From positions 64,001 to 128,000 of the forward strand of contig CBDDEL010000009.1 of NCBI GenBank assembly GCA_965226885.1: a stretch of 64,000 nt of DNA. Direction: 5' to 3'. The position numbers and the translations under genes are program-made. Shown here piece after piece: positions 1 through 10,821 of the stretch; within the stretch, counting starts at the first letter, position 1, and each line of letters starts with the position of its first letter. Below the pieces are notes generated by a model. It was not told where the DNA came from, did not search any database, and saw nothing but the letters and a program-made list of their open reading frames with translations. The stretch is from Opitutales bacterium (GTDB lineage Bacteria > Verrucomicrobiota > Verrucomicrobiia > Opitutales > UBA2987).

Positions 1-1268
1 AAGGCCGCCGTGTGCGGGTTGATTTCAAGGGCGGAGAGGTTACTTCGGATGCCGGACTGCTTTTGATCCGGGAAGTGGATCGGCAGTTGGGCTTGACCGA
101 ACGAGCGGCCCGACAGTTAGTGGACAAACGGCAGAAGGGCAAAGTACGCCATGAGGTATTGGGGATGCTGCGGCAGCGCGTTTACGGGCTGGTGGCGGGC
201 TATGAGGATTTGAACGACTTTGATACCCTGCGCCACGATCCATTGTTGCAAACGGTAACGGGGCGCATTGAAACGTTGGCCAGCGCGCCGACTTTGTGTC
301 GTTTTGAAAACGGGCAGGATCGGCGGGCGGCCTTTGCGGTAAACGAGCTGTTGGTCGAACAGTTCATGGGCTCCTTTGCCGAGGAACCCGAAGAGATCAT
401 CCTGGACTTTGACGCCACCGACAATCCGGTGCACGGGCTCCAGGAGGGACGTTTTCTCCACGGTTATTATGATCATTACTGTTTTCTGCCGCTATATGTT
501 TTTTGCGGTGATCAGCTGCTGGTGGCCTACCTGCGGCCGAGCAAGATCGATGCCAGCAAGCATGCCGGGGCCATCCTCAAATTGCTGGTTAAACGGATGC
601 GCCAAAGCTGGCCCCGTACGCGGCTTATTTGGCGCGCCGACAGTGGATTTTGTCGAGACCGGATACTCTCTTGGTGCGACCGCAACGAAGTTAGTTACAT
701 CGTGGGGATGGCTCGCAATGCACGCTTGCAGCAAGACGCCCAGCAGTTGCAAAAGCAGGCCAAAGAATGGTTCGAACTAAGGGGTAAAAAACAACGGTTA
801 TTCCAGGACTTCGTCTATGCTGCCGATTCGTGGCGATGGCTGCGGTTGGTCATCCATAAAGCCGAACACACCGCACAGGGGTCCAACCCGCGCTTCGTGG
901 TGACGAACCTGCCGGGCGATCCCCAGGAGCTTTACGACAAGGTATACTGTGGCCGCGGTGAAATGGAGAACCGAATCAAGGAACAGATGCAATTGTTCAG
1001 CGAGCGCACCAGCGCCCATCAATGGTGGGCCAATCAGTGGCGATTGCTCTTGTCGGCGCTGGCCTACACCTTGATGGAAGCCATGCGCCGGTTAGCCTTA
1101 AAAGGGACGAAGTGGGCGCGGGCCCAATGCCACACCCTGCGGCTCAAATTAATCAAGATCGGAGCGGTCATCGTGCGCAACACCCGAACGATTCACTTTC
1201 ACCTAAGTGAGAGTTATCCTTGGGCCAGTCTTTTCAACCATGCGGCCCGCCGATTGGTGCCAACCTAA
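1..1268 (+). CDS. IS1380-family transposase (5' partial)
   Basis: Motifs TSDAGLLL, LDFDATD, HGYYDHYCFLPL, RADSGF, RGEMENRIKE; one residue differs from copy 2 (GRFLH vs GRFFH). Confidence 0.92.
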   Translation, partial: GRRVRVDFKGGEVTSDAGLLLIREVDRQLGLTERAARQLVDKRQKGKVRHEVLGMLRQRVYGLVAGYEDLNDFDTLRHDPLLQTVTGRIETLASAPTLCRFENGQDRRAAFAVNELLVEQFMGSFAEEPEEIILDFDATDNPVHGLQEGRFLHGYYDHYCFLPLYVFCGDQLLVAYLRPSKIDASKHAGAILKLLVKRMRQSWPRTRLIWRADSGFCRDRILSWCDRNEVSYIVGMARNARLQQDAQQLQKQAKEWFELRGKKQRLFQDFVYAADSWRWLRLVIHKAEHTAQGSNPRFVVTNLPGDPQELYDKVYCGRGEMENRIKEQMQLFSERTSAHQWWANQWRLLLSALAYTLMEAMRRLALKGTKWARAQCHTLRLKLIKIGAVIVRNTRTIHFHLSESYPWASLFNHAARRLVPT

Positions 1269-1437
1269 AGGGTGCATTGGTGCTGCCCCCGGCACTACCG
1301 AACCAATGGGGGAAAGGGGGCAGTGTCTCTACACCCTGAAAAACACCTAAAAATCAAGACGATCTGCTCAAAATACAAAGAAATCCATCTCCAATAGCAA
1401 TAACGAGCCAAACTTTACCCTTCATGAAATATCCGGG
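1..1437 (+). mobile_element. IS1380-family element, copy 1 (left end lies outside the window)
   Basis: Near-identical inverted copy of 2405-3971; right terminal repeat GAAATATCCGGG ends at 1437. Confidence 0.9.
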
Positions 1438-2404
1438 ATAGTTCTGTCAGGCTATTAATCCGGCAATTGAATAGTAACAGTTAAGCGGCGTATTGAACAT
1501 CCCGATGATGGAAGAGTTTTTTAATCAAAATTGGTTTTCGTTGCCTGCTGCGCAGGTAGGTTCGCAGACTTCCCTGCAACTCAATTTGGCTGCGCGGGGC
1601 CGGCAGGTTCTTCAAGTTCGCTTTGACCGTGTTATTCAAATACTCATCGGGGTTCAATTCGGGACTGTAAGATGGTAGATAAAAAATCCCGATCCTATCG
1701 CGGTGGGCTTCAATCCAACCGGTTACTTTTTTAGCATGATGCACTCTCAGATTGTCCACAATGAGAAAGATTTTCCGTTTGGCTCCTTTGATTAACTGGC
1801 GCAGAAATTTGATAAACAGTTCCACATTCAAGGCTCCCTTGTAAACCATGAAACGCAGCTTTCCACGGTTGGTTATAGTCGAGATCATGCTCGTGCTAAA
1901 ACGACGCGCACTGCGTTTGGCAACTGGCGTTTTACCGCGCGGAGCATAACCTCTTCCCCGATGATCTTCGCTACTGATGCCGGTTTCATCTCCCCAGTGG
2001 ATTTGGGCCTGTTGCGCTTTGGCTCTGGCTTCGATGGCCGGGTAAGTTTGATCAAGCCACTTCTTAATCGCCTCAGGCTGCTGCTCATAGGCTTGTCTTC
2101 GAGGTTTTTGTGGAGTGAAACCCCAACGGCGAAGATACTCGCCCACCGTGCGGATCGGCATCTTCAAAGCAAACTGCCTTTCAATCAACTCTTGCACCGC
2201 TTGGCGCGTCCACAGGGCAAAGGGCATCTTAAGCTGGTCGGGTCTCTTATCGGTAATCATTCGGCACACCATGCGCTCTTGTTGGGAGCTCAATCTTCGA
2301 CATTGGCCCTGCCGACGGCCCCGTTGTCCAAGCCGCAGGGCTTTTGGCCCTCCATTTCGGTAAAGGGCCCACCATTTGCGCACAGCGCTGATCGATACCT
2401 TTAA

Positions 2405-3971
2405 CCCGGATATTTCATGAAGGGTAAAGTTTGGCTCGTTATTGCTATTGGAGATGGATTTCTTTGTATTTTGAGCAGATCGTCTTGATTTTTAGGTGTT
2501 TTTCAGGGTGTAGAGACACTGCCCCCTTTCCCCCATTGGTTCGGTAGTGCCGGGGGCAGCACCAATGCACCCTTTAGGTTGGCACCAATCGGCGGGCCGC
2601 ATGGTTGAAAAGACTGGCCCAAGGATAACTCTCACTTAGGTGAAAGTGAATCGTTCGGGTGTTGCGCACGATGACCGCTCCGATCTTGATTAATTTGAGC
2701 CGCAGGGTGTGGCATTGGGCCCGCGCCCACTTCGTCCCTTTTAAGGCTAACCGGCGCATGGCTTCCATCAAGGTGTAGGCCAGCGCCGACAAGAGCAATC
2801 GCCACTGATTGGCCCACCATTGATGGGCGCTGGTGCGCTCGCTGAACAATTGCATCTGTTCCTTGATTCGGTTCTCCATTTCACCGCGGCCACAGTATAC
2901 CTTGTCGTAAAGCTCCTGGGGATCGCCCGGCAGGTTCGTCACCACGAAGCGCGGGTTGGACCCCTGTGCGGTGTGTTCGGCTTTATGGATGACCAACCGC
3001 AGCCATCGCCACGAATCGGCAGCATAGACGAAGTCCTGGAATAACCGTTGTTTTTTACCCCTTAGTTCGAACCATTCTTTGGCCTGCTTTTGCAACTGCT
3101 GGGCGTCTTGCTGCAAGCGTGCATTGCGAGCCATCCCCACGATGTAACTAACTTCGTTGCGGTCGCACCAAGAGAGTATCCGGTCTCGACAAAATCCACT
3201 GTCGGCGCGCCAAATAAGCCGCGTACGGGGCCAGCTTTGGCGCATCCGTTTAACCAGCAATTTGAGGATGGCCCCGGCATGCTTGCTGGCATCGATCTTG
3301 CTCGGCCGCAGGTAGGCCACCAGCAGCTGATCACCGCAAAAAACATATAGCGGCAGAAAACAGTAATGATCATAATAACCGTGGAAAAAACGTCCCTCCT
3401 GGAGCCCGTGCACCGGATTGTCGGTGGCGTCAAAGTCCAGGATGATCTCTTCGGGTTCCTCGGCAAAGGAGCCCATGAACTGTTCGACCAACAGCTCGTT
3501 TACCGCAAAGGCCGCCCGCCGATCCTGCCCGTTTTCAAAACGACACAAAGTCGGCGCGCTGGCCAACGTTTCAATGCGCCCCGTTACCGTTTGCAACAAT
3601 GGATCGTGGCGCAGGGTATCAAAGTCGTTCAAATCCTCATAGCCCGCCACCAGCCCGTAAACGCGCTGCCGCAGCATCCCCAATACCTCATGGCGTACTT
3701 TGCCCTTCTGCCGTTTGTCCACTAACTGTCGGGCCGCTCGTTCGGTCAAGCCCAACTGCCGATCCACTTCCCGGATCAAAAGCAGTCCGGCATCCGAAGT
3801 AACCTCTCCGCCCTTGAAATCAACCCGCACACGGCGGCCTTTTACCCTTGTCAACTGTAGCTTTAATTGTTTACCTTTTGTCATCGCTGATATTGCTTTA
3901 ATTATTGATCTATCCTGCTGTATATCAGCAGTTAAGCATATCAACGATACTTTTTTTACGAAATATCCGGG
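2405..3971 (-). mobile_element. IS1380-family element, copy 2 (complete, 1567 bp)
   Basis: Inverted repeats CCCGGATATTTC at both ends; 4-bp target duplication TTAA at 2401-2404 and 3972-3975. Confidence 0.95.
2574..3884 (-). CDS. IS1380-family transposase
   Basis: Intact ORF; likely ATG start MTKGKQLKLQL at 3884. Confidence 0.92.
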   Translation of the reverse strand: MTKGKQLKLQLTRVKGRRVRVDFKGGEVTSDAGLLLIREVDRQLGLTERAARQLVDKRQKGKVRHEVLGMLRQRVYGLVAGYEDLNDFDTLRHDPLLQTVTGRIETLASAPTLCRFENGQDRRAAFAVNELLVEQFMGSFAEEPEEIILDFDATDNPVHGLQEGRFFHGYYDHYCFLPLYVFCGDQLLVAYLRPSKIDASKHAGAILKLLVKRMRQSWPRTRLIWRADSGFCRDRILSWCDRNEVSYIVGMARNARLQQDAQQLQKQAKEWFELRGKKQRLFQDFVYAADSWRWLRLVIHKAEHTAQGSNPRFVVTNLPGDPQELYDKVYCGRGEMENRIKEQMQLFSERTSAHQWWANQWRLLLSALAYTLMEAMRRLALKGTKWARAQCHTLRLKLIKIGAVIVRNTRTIHFHLSESYPWASLFNHAARRLVPT

Positions 3972-5000
3972 TTAAAACCACGGAAACCTCTTCATAAGTG
4001 CAACCCTCTCTTTTCAGATCCACCGCCCGACACCTCAGCTCATATATAGTCTCTTCGCTTAGTGAACGCGCATCATTCCTATTCATGAACCTACTTTAGC
4101 ATAAGTTATTGATATGTCACTATTTATTTGCCGGATTAATAGTAAGCCCGGTCAGAATGCTCATAACACTGATCTGGTTATTGGAGAGGTTTAGATCCAA
4201 CAGATTGGTAAGTCCGCTCAGGGCAGTGATATTGCTGATCTGGTTATCATTAAGGGTTAGAAATTTCAGGCTGGTGAGCCCGCCCAGGGCGCTAATATCG
4301 GTGATCTGGTTATTGGAGAGGTTGGTAGTGTATTAAGTAGGAATGGTGGCTAATTCTTGATTATATTGATGAATGAAAAGTCTCAGACAGGTTTCATGCA
4401 TACTCTTAAGCTTGGAAAAGGAGAGGGTTTTGCGTGTGAAACGACCCAGTCGTTGGCGCAGGGTATTGTTCCATCGTTCCACATGGGCCGTTTCACCGGT
4501 TTCTTTTCCCACGGATCGGTTATGAGGAAAGACTTCATCATAAGTGCTCCAAAAGTCGCTGTAGGTGGCACATCTTTTGTAGGCCCGTGGCAGACGCTCG
4601 TAAAGTTCCCGGCAACGATACCAATCCCGAGGCCCAATGGCATAGGAGAGGATTTGACGGGTGCGTCGGCAAAGAGCGATCCAAACCCATTGGGCATCGC
4701 TCTTGCGCCCCACAAAAGACCACAGTTCGTCCAGTTCAATGACATCATGGCGGCGGGCCGCAAGAATCGTGCTTTTGAGCGGTCGCAGCGATTGTCGTTT
4801 TTTTTAACCAACTCAAAACGGTGTTGGGACTCACCCCGAAGGCGCGCTGTAAACCGCGTAGACTGCTGCGTTCCTGATAGACTCGAAGGATCATTTCTTT
4901 TTGCTCTTCGGTGTATTTCACTGTGGGGTTTTCGCGGCTTTGTTTACCACAATCATGGCAGCGGTAGCGCTGTTTATGGTTGGGCGTCTTGCCAAATTTA

Positions 5001-5796
5001 GGTAGTGTTAACATGACGAATGTTTGATATTGCTGTTGTATTCCCAGATGAACAAGCACAGGACGCGAAAATGCATGACCAAAGACTTCGAGAATGACAG
5101 CGTTTTACGCACATAGCGTGACAGGGACTGTCGCAAGGTATTGTTCCAGCGTTCGATATGGGCGGTTTGGCCGGATTGTTTCCCGCTGGCGCTGTTGTGA
5201 GGGAAAACCTTGTCGTAGCTTTCCCAGTAATCGCTTACGGTGGCACAGTCGCGATAGGGCTGGGCGATGTTGTGATACAACTGCCAGCACGTTTGATCGC
5301 TACGATCACCCAGAGAAAACCCGACGACCTGTCGGGTACGTCGACACAAGGCTACCCATAGCCATACCTGCCCCGAACGCTTATCGCCCCAGAATGACCA
5401 CACCTCGTCCAGTTCCAGCACATCACTACACTGGCGGGCAAGCAGAGTGGACTCCAGCTTCGGCAAACTCAGGACTTTTTTTTAATCCATTCGATGACCG
5501 TCTTTGGGGCTACCCCGAAGGTACGGTAAATGGCACGCAGGCTCATCCGGTTTTGGTGCGCACGGAGCACCTGCTTGACCAGCGCCGGAGGATGCTCACG
5601 ACTTTTGGGGTGAAGCCGAAACTGATAACCACACCCCTTGCATCGATACTTCTGAACCCCTTTCGGATCCTTGCCGTGCTTGATGATGTGATCGCTTCCG
5701 CATTGAGGACATTTTACTGTGATATGGACCATTCCCAGTTCACAACATAATCACGCTAAAAAGTACAGCTTAAACATTCAAAATGTTAACACTACC
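5001..5796 (-). mobile_element. IS1-family element B (796 bp) nested in IS1 element A
   Basis: Ends GGTAGTGTTAACAT / ATGTTAACACTACC; 8-bp target duplication CAAATTTA at 4993-5000 and 5797-5804. Confidence 0.93.
5008..5732 (-). CDS. IS1 InsA/InsB transposase, -1 programmed frameshift
   Basis: InsA 5469-5732 with CPQC...CKGC zinc ribbon; InsB 5008-5466 with ELDEVWSF and HIERWNNTLRQ; A8G run at the junction. Confidence 0.88.
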
Positions 5797-6155
5797 CAAA
5801 TTTAATGATATTTGCACTTCCACAGTGCCGACAATTAATAATTTTAGTAACCATGCACTAAGAATAAACTGCCTAACGCTATTTGTACAGCTAAAAATAC
5901 AAAATAACATTCTTTTTTTATACACTACCGGCATTCGCAACCATTCCCCCAGGAAGTAAACTTGCATTTGAAACCACTTTCCAGCCATCTGTCTTATCAG
6001 GGTTTCCCTTCTCCCTAATTCCAGGAAAGAAAAGCAAGCCTGACCTTCATTTACAAATTACCTAGACAAGGTGATAAATGAATTAATGGAAATAATAACC
6101 CCAGTAATATTCCCCGGCAAGCATTTATTGGGACTCCTTGACTTGTAATGAAGTC

Positions 6156-7517
6156 TTAATTTTTGCTGATTTTATCTTTCCAGGAGGTGACGCCGTTGAC
6201 GAGTTCCGAGGCGTGGATGACGAAGGGCGCCCAGGCTTTGCGGCCGCTGGTCCCAATGAGGTTGAACCGCAAAACGGGGTCTCCGGTGAGGTCGAATTCG
6301 AGCAGCCCGAAATTGTCTTCCCTCGTGAACATTTTTCGGATGCGCAGTTCCGGTATCCTTCCGGTACGGGGCTCGTTGGCGGTCTGGGCGAGGGGAGAAC
6401 TGACCAGGTCGTAAAAATCGTAGCCACCTTTTTCCGACCAGGGGATGGCATTCAATTCACCTACATGGGTGTCGCCGGAGAGTAGGATTACGCCGTTGAT
6501 TTCATTTTTTCGGATGTATTCAAACAGGCTGTTGCGTTCGTGCAGGTAGGCGGACCAGGCATCGCCGGTTGGCCCTTTGCTTTTAGTCCAGCCGCTTCCA
6601 GATATGAGGACTTTGAAGGGCGAATCACTGGCGGAAAGAGCTTTCTTGAGCCATTTTAGTTGTTGTTTGCCCAGCATGGTTTTCTTCGCATGATCGGGTT
6701 CTTCGTTGGGATCGCGGTGATAGCGGACGTCTAGAAAGAAAAAGTCGATTCCACCGTAACGATATTTGAAAAACACCCCGGGAGCGTCCGGCAGGCCATA
6801 GGATGGGTTGGCCCAGTAGCTTTTGAAAATTTTCAGCGATTGCGCCTTGCCGGGATGCCTGCGGTCGTAATTGTTGAGGCCGAAATCGTGGTCGTCCCAG
6901 ATTGCCAACTGCGGAATTGTGTGGTTGACGGGCTGCAAGGTGGCCACGCCGCGCTGCCTGCGCCATTCTTCAGCCATAATGTCCGGGTCCATCGTGTCGC
7001 CGTAGATGGAGTCGCCGAGCCAGAAAAAGAGGTCCGGCTGCACCTTGTAAACCGTTGACCAGATGTTTTGCACGCGATCATGAAGAATGCGGGTGCAGGA
7101 ACCATATGCCACCGTGAACCGCAAAGGCTCGCCCTCGGCAGGAGCCGTCTTGGTGTAAAATGGCAGAACCTGCTCCTGATAGCGGGGCGTCTTTCCTTTG
7201 ACCTTGAAACGGTAATAGTAGCGGGTGGCGGGCTCAAGGCCGCTCAAATGCCATTTTAAAACATAATCCTCCGCTTTGGTGGTGGTTAGCGCGAGGTGGC
7301 GTGAATCGGTAAATGTGTTGGTCGTGGCAAACTCGATTTCCCCCGTAAAAGGTCCGCTGAGGCGTCCCCAGATTGTTATTTCATGGGGCGTCACCGCACC
7401 TACCATGGGGCCTTGCATAAACCGTGGATAACCCGGCAATTCTTCGGCATTTAATGAAAAAACCCATCCAGCAATCAAAAGAATGGGCGCGGACAATAGA
7501 CATTTTGATAATTTCAT
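6156..7517 (-). CDS. phoD: Alkaline phosphatase D family protein, secreted
   Basis: Motifs GSC, LGDSIYGD, WDDHD, LDVRYHR, SGDTH; signal-peptide-like start MKLSKCLLSAPILLIAGWVFSLNA at 7517. Confidence 0.88.
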   Translation of the reverse strand: MKLSKCLLSAPILLIAGWVFSLNAEELPGYPRFMQGPMVGAVTPHEITIWGRLSGPFTGEIEFATTNTFTDSRHLALTTTKAEDYVLKWHLSGLEPATRYYYRFKVKGKTPRYQEQVLPFYTKTAPAEGEPLRFTVAYGSCTRILHDRVQNIWSTVYKVQPDLFFWLGDSIYGDTMDPDIMAEEWRRQRGVATLQPVNHTIPQLAIWDDHDFGLNNYDRRHPGKAQSLKIFKSYWANPSYGLPDAPGVFFKYRYGGIDFFFLDVRYHRDPNEEPDHAKKTMLGKQQLKWLKKALSASDSPFKVLISGSGWTKSKGPTGDAWSAYLHERNSLFEYIRKNEINGVILLSGDTHVGELNAIPWSEKGGYDFYDLVSSPLAQTANEPRTGRIPELRIRKMFTREDNFGLLEFDLTGDPVLRFNLIGTSGRKAWAPFVIHASELVNGVTSWKDKISKN

Positions 7518-7653
7518 TTTTCGCGAATACGTAATCTTAGCAATTGAAGAACACTTTACAGCAATAGCGCTGGCCATAACATTACCACATTTTGGAGTTC
7601 GAGAAAAAGGATATTCTCTCTGTTTGCTTATTTTGGCCATAGTTTATTGAATT

Positions 7654-7756
7654 ATGAGCAAGTATAATTGGAATGCCAAAGATTATGAGAAACACTCACA
7701 AACTCAACAAAAATGGGCAAGAGAGCTAATAAGCAAACTAGATACTAATGGTATAG
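7654..7756 (+). pseudogene. 5' fragment of a class I SAM methyltransferase (Tam-like), truncated by IS3
   Basis: Translates as MSKYNWNAKDYEKHSQTQQKWARELISKLDTNGI; no continuation found after 10540. Confidence 0.6.
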
Positions 7757-7830
7757 TGATGTGCACTGGAAAAAGTGGACACGAGATTCTCCTAAATGGA
7801 GAATCGAAGCATGGGAAGAAGACGCTTTAG
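7757..7830 (+). mobile_element. IS3-family element A, 74-bp left-end remnant
   Basis: Identical to the first 74 bp of 48269-49596. Confidence 0.9.
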
Positions 7831-7918
7831 CCCGGATATTTCATGAAGGGTAAAGTTTGGCTCGTTATTGCTATTGGAGATGGATTTCTTTGTATTTTGA
7901 GCAGATCGTCTTGATTTT
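7831..7918 (-). mobile_element. IS1380 right-end remnant (88 bp)
   Basis: Identical to 2405-2492. Confidence 0.92.
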
Positions 7919-10540
7919 TGATGTGCACTGGAAAAAGTGGACACGAGATTCTCCTAAATGGAGAATCGAAGCATGGGAAGAAGACGCTTTAGTATAGAGT
8001 GAAGTGGACGGGGTTGTTTGGACAATTTTGACGTGGGATTAAGGTGGAAATCGTGTTCATATTATTTTTTAAAAATATATTTTGTCCTTAGCCAAAGACG
8101 GGCACGCAGGTGCCCGCAAGCTGTATTGGCGGGGAGGTTGGTTTTGCTCCGATTGCATGGACTTCGGCCGGGGTCCGGTAGCCCAGGGCTTGGTGGGGGC
8201 GCAGGTGGTTGTAGAAGTCCAGGTAGCGGGCTATCCCTTCGCTGGCTTCCTTTGCCGTGGCGTATTCGCGCAGGTAAATGTCTTCATACTTGAGGGTTCT
8301 CCAAAAGCGTTCAACAAATATGTTGTCCAGGTAGCGGCCACGCCCGTCCATGCTGATGCGCACCCCGGCTTGCCCCAGCACCGAGGTGAACTCGCTGCCG
8401 GTAAACTGGCTGCCTTGATCGGTGTTGAAGATTTGAGGTTGGGCCCGCCTCAGAGCTTCCTCCAGGGCGAGCACACAGAAGCGGCTCTCCAGGGTGTTGG
8501 AAAGCTGCCAGCTCAACACGTAGCGGCTGAACCAGTCCAACACCACGGTCAAGAAAAGGAATCCTCGGCTCAGCCGCAGGTAAGTGATGTCGCTGCACCA
8601 TACCTGGTCGGGCCGCTCGACCGCCAAACCCCGCAGCAGATAAGGGAAAATGCGGTGCTGCCGGTGCCCCTGGCTCAAGTTTCGACGCGGATAAATAGCC
8701 TCCAGGCCCATTTGGCGCATGAGCCGCTGGATGCGGCCTCGTCCCACTGCATGGCCCTCTCGACGCAGCCACTGGGTCATCCGGCGAGAACCAAAAAACG
8801 GATATTGGGTGTAGAGCTCATCCATGCGATGCATGTAGAGAACGTTCTGCTCGCACTGGGCACGGGCCCGATAGTAATAGCTGCCGCGGGCCAGCCCCAG
8901 CAACTGACATTGCCTGCCGATACTGATTTTTCCTTGAAGTGGTTGCACCATCTTGCGCCTCTCACCAACCGAATTGTTCAGACTTTTTTTTTAGCCAATC
9001 GCATTCTACTTTCAGCTTTCCAATCTCCTGGTAAAGGTGATCTTTTTCCGTCTCGTTGTCCTTGCTGAGAGTCTGCCGCTGGCGCGAAAACAGCTCCGTT
9101 GCTCCCTGCAAAAGCTGCTTCTTCCATTGGGTCACCTGGTTGGGATGCACCTCAAAACGACCGGCGATCTCGTTGATGGTATGAGCGCCCCTGATGGCTT
9201 CCAGGGCCACTCGGGCTTTAAACTCAGCACTGTATTGTCTTCTCTTTCGTGATTTAATAACATTCATAGGTTAGCGGATTTAGTGGTTCAAGACCACCTT
9301 ATTCCACTGTCCAGTTTTCCCCGTCCATTTCACTGAGCGCCACCGAGGTATCGACCAAACTTGGGGTCAACACCAACCAATTGTATAGGTGGAAGAGGCT
9401 CTATCTGGACGATCAGCAGGGCGAAGCCACCTCAAAGCGACAGAGCAGTCCGAAGGAGATGGCGGCCGAGATAGATCGTCTTCGCAAAGAGCTGCGCCGC
9501 TCGGAGCGGATCAACCAGATACTAAAAAAAACGGTGGGCTACTTTGCCAAGGACGAACAATGAAGTACCAGTTTGTCAAAGACAACGAGGGGCGCTTCAA
9601 GATCGAGGAAATATGCTCGGCGATGGGGATTTGTCGCAGTGGCTATTACTGCTGGAGGCACCGAGCGCCCTCGGCCCGGCGGATCGAGGACGAGGGAATC
9701 AAGGGGGCGATCCTGAAGGTACACAAAGAGGCCAAGGGCCGCTATGGGCATCGGCCAATGCACCGCCATCTGAAGGATGATGAGGGCATCGATTGCGGCC
9801 GTGACCGGGCTCTGCGTCTGATGCGTGAAATGGGAATCAAAAGCACCCAGAGTAAACGCTTTAAGCCATTAAAAACCAACAGTAACCATCCCTATGGTTA
9901 CAGCCCCAATGTGCTTAAAAAGCATGGCCAGCCGACCCATATCGACGAGGTCTGGGTGGCGGACACGACCTACCTACGGACCCTGGCCGGTTGGATGTAC
10001 TTGGCCACGGTGATGGACCTGTTCAGCCGACGCCTGCTGGGCTGGAGCGTTTCCAACCACAACGACGCGAAGCTGGTTGGCAAGGCCCTCAAAGCCGCGG
10101 CCATGACCCGCGGCACACTGCGCACCGGGATTATTCATCACAGCGATCGGGGCAGCCCCTACGCCAGCGACGACTATCAGAGGCTGGTCTCTGAACTAGG
10201 CATGAAGCCGAGCATGAGCGCCCAAGGCAACTGCTACGACAACGCGGCCATGGAATCGTTCTACGGCCGCTTCAAGACCAGCACGATTCGAGGCCGCCAC
10301 TTTGCCGACGAGCGCGAACTGCGATCAACTGTCTTCGAATACGTGGAAATCTTCTACAACCGATATCGCAAACATTCCTCTCTGAGTTACCAAAGCCCAG
10401 TCCAATTCGAGGAAAATATTTGCCCCCCATGGGGGGCAACGAGAAAACAAAACCCTTTACCAAAACAAGCCGCCTGACACACTAATCAATAAACAATGAA
10501 TATAAGAGAATCCCGTGTCCAACAAATCCAGTACACGTCA
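7919..10540 (+). mobile_element. IS3-family element A, copy 1; orfA disrupted by IS3 element B with a 39-bp deletion, orfB 9560-10477 intact
   Basis: Ends TGATGTGCACTGG / CCAGTACACGTCA; integrase-core motifs WVADTTY, HHSDRGSPY, DNAAMESF. Confidence 0.92.
8000..9332 (-). mobile_element. IS3-family element B, copy 1 (orfA 8962-9267, orfB 8088-8951)
   Basis: Inverted repeats TGAA(A/G)TGGACGGGG; A9G slippery site at the end of orfA; motifs WCSDITY, NTDQGSQFT, DNIFVERFWRTLKYE. Confidence 0.93.
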
Positions 10541-10821
10541 AGCTTTCCTCTGAAAGATTTCGGAAATCAATTACATAGGCACTCGAAATTCGTTTAAGTT
10601 CTACGAACGTTGGGTACTGTTTTTGCAATGTTCATAATATTTAGGAGTTTTGTTCAGTTCCATATATTGTGCCCGCCTTACGGTTTCAAGGTTTTTCTTA
10701 CCAACACAATTAATATGCAAATAAAAAACCGACCAGCCTATCCGGCAGTAGAGGATCGGTGTTGAAATTATTTTGGGAAACTGGCGCTTGATTTTTTGGG
10801 GTGTGTGTGGATGATGTTTTT

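Larger units (their letters stand above)
1481..4086 (-). pseudogene. IS630 transposase split by IS1380
   Basis: N-terminus MNRNDARSLSEETIYELRCRAV... starts at 4086 and rejoins KVSISAVRKWW... after the IS1380 is removed; motifs WGDETG, DNLRVH, YSPELNPDE. Confidence 0.9.
1455..4139 (-). mobile_element. IS630-family element A, interrupted by IS1380 copy 2
   Basis: Terminal inverted repeats TTAATCCGGCAA / TTGCCGGATTAA flanked by TA at 1453-1454 and 4140-4141; the reconstructed target is CTAG. Confidence 0.88.
1438..4323 (-). pseudogene. Internalin-type leucine-rich-repeat gene fragments (4142-4323 and 1438-1454), split by IS630 and bounded by IS1 and IS1380
   Basis: Manual minus-strand translation with the IS630 removed gives NLSNNQITDISALGGLTSLKFLTLNDNQISNITALSGLTNLLDLNLSNNQISVMSILTGLTSLTEL, i.e. 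22-residue LRR units. Confidence 0.85.
4324..5929 (-). mobile_element. IS1-family element A, copy 1, interrupted by IS1 element B
   Basis: Ends GGTAGTGTA / TACACTACC; same 802-bp length as 59372-60173 once the nested element and its 8-bp duplication are removed; flanks do not match each other. Confidence 0.9.

Noticed and set aside
1438..2404. Invertible segment between the two inverted IS1380 copies
   Set aside because: Copy 2 keeps TTAA on both sides and the IS630 and LRR pieces remain collinear, so no inversion is evident.
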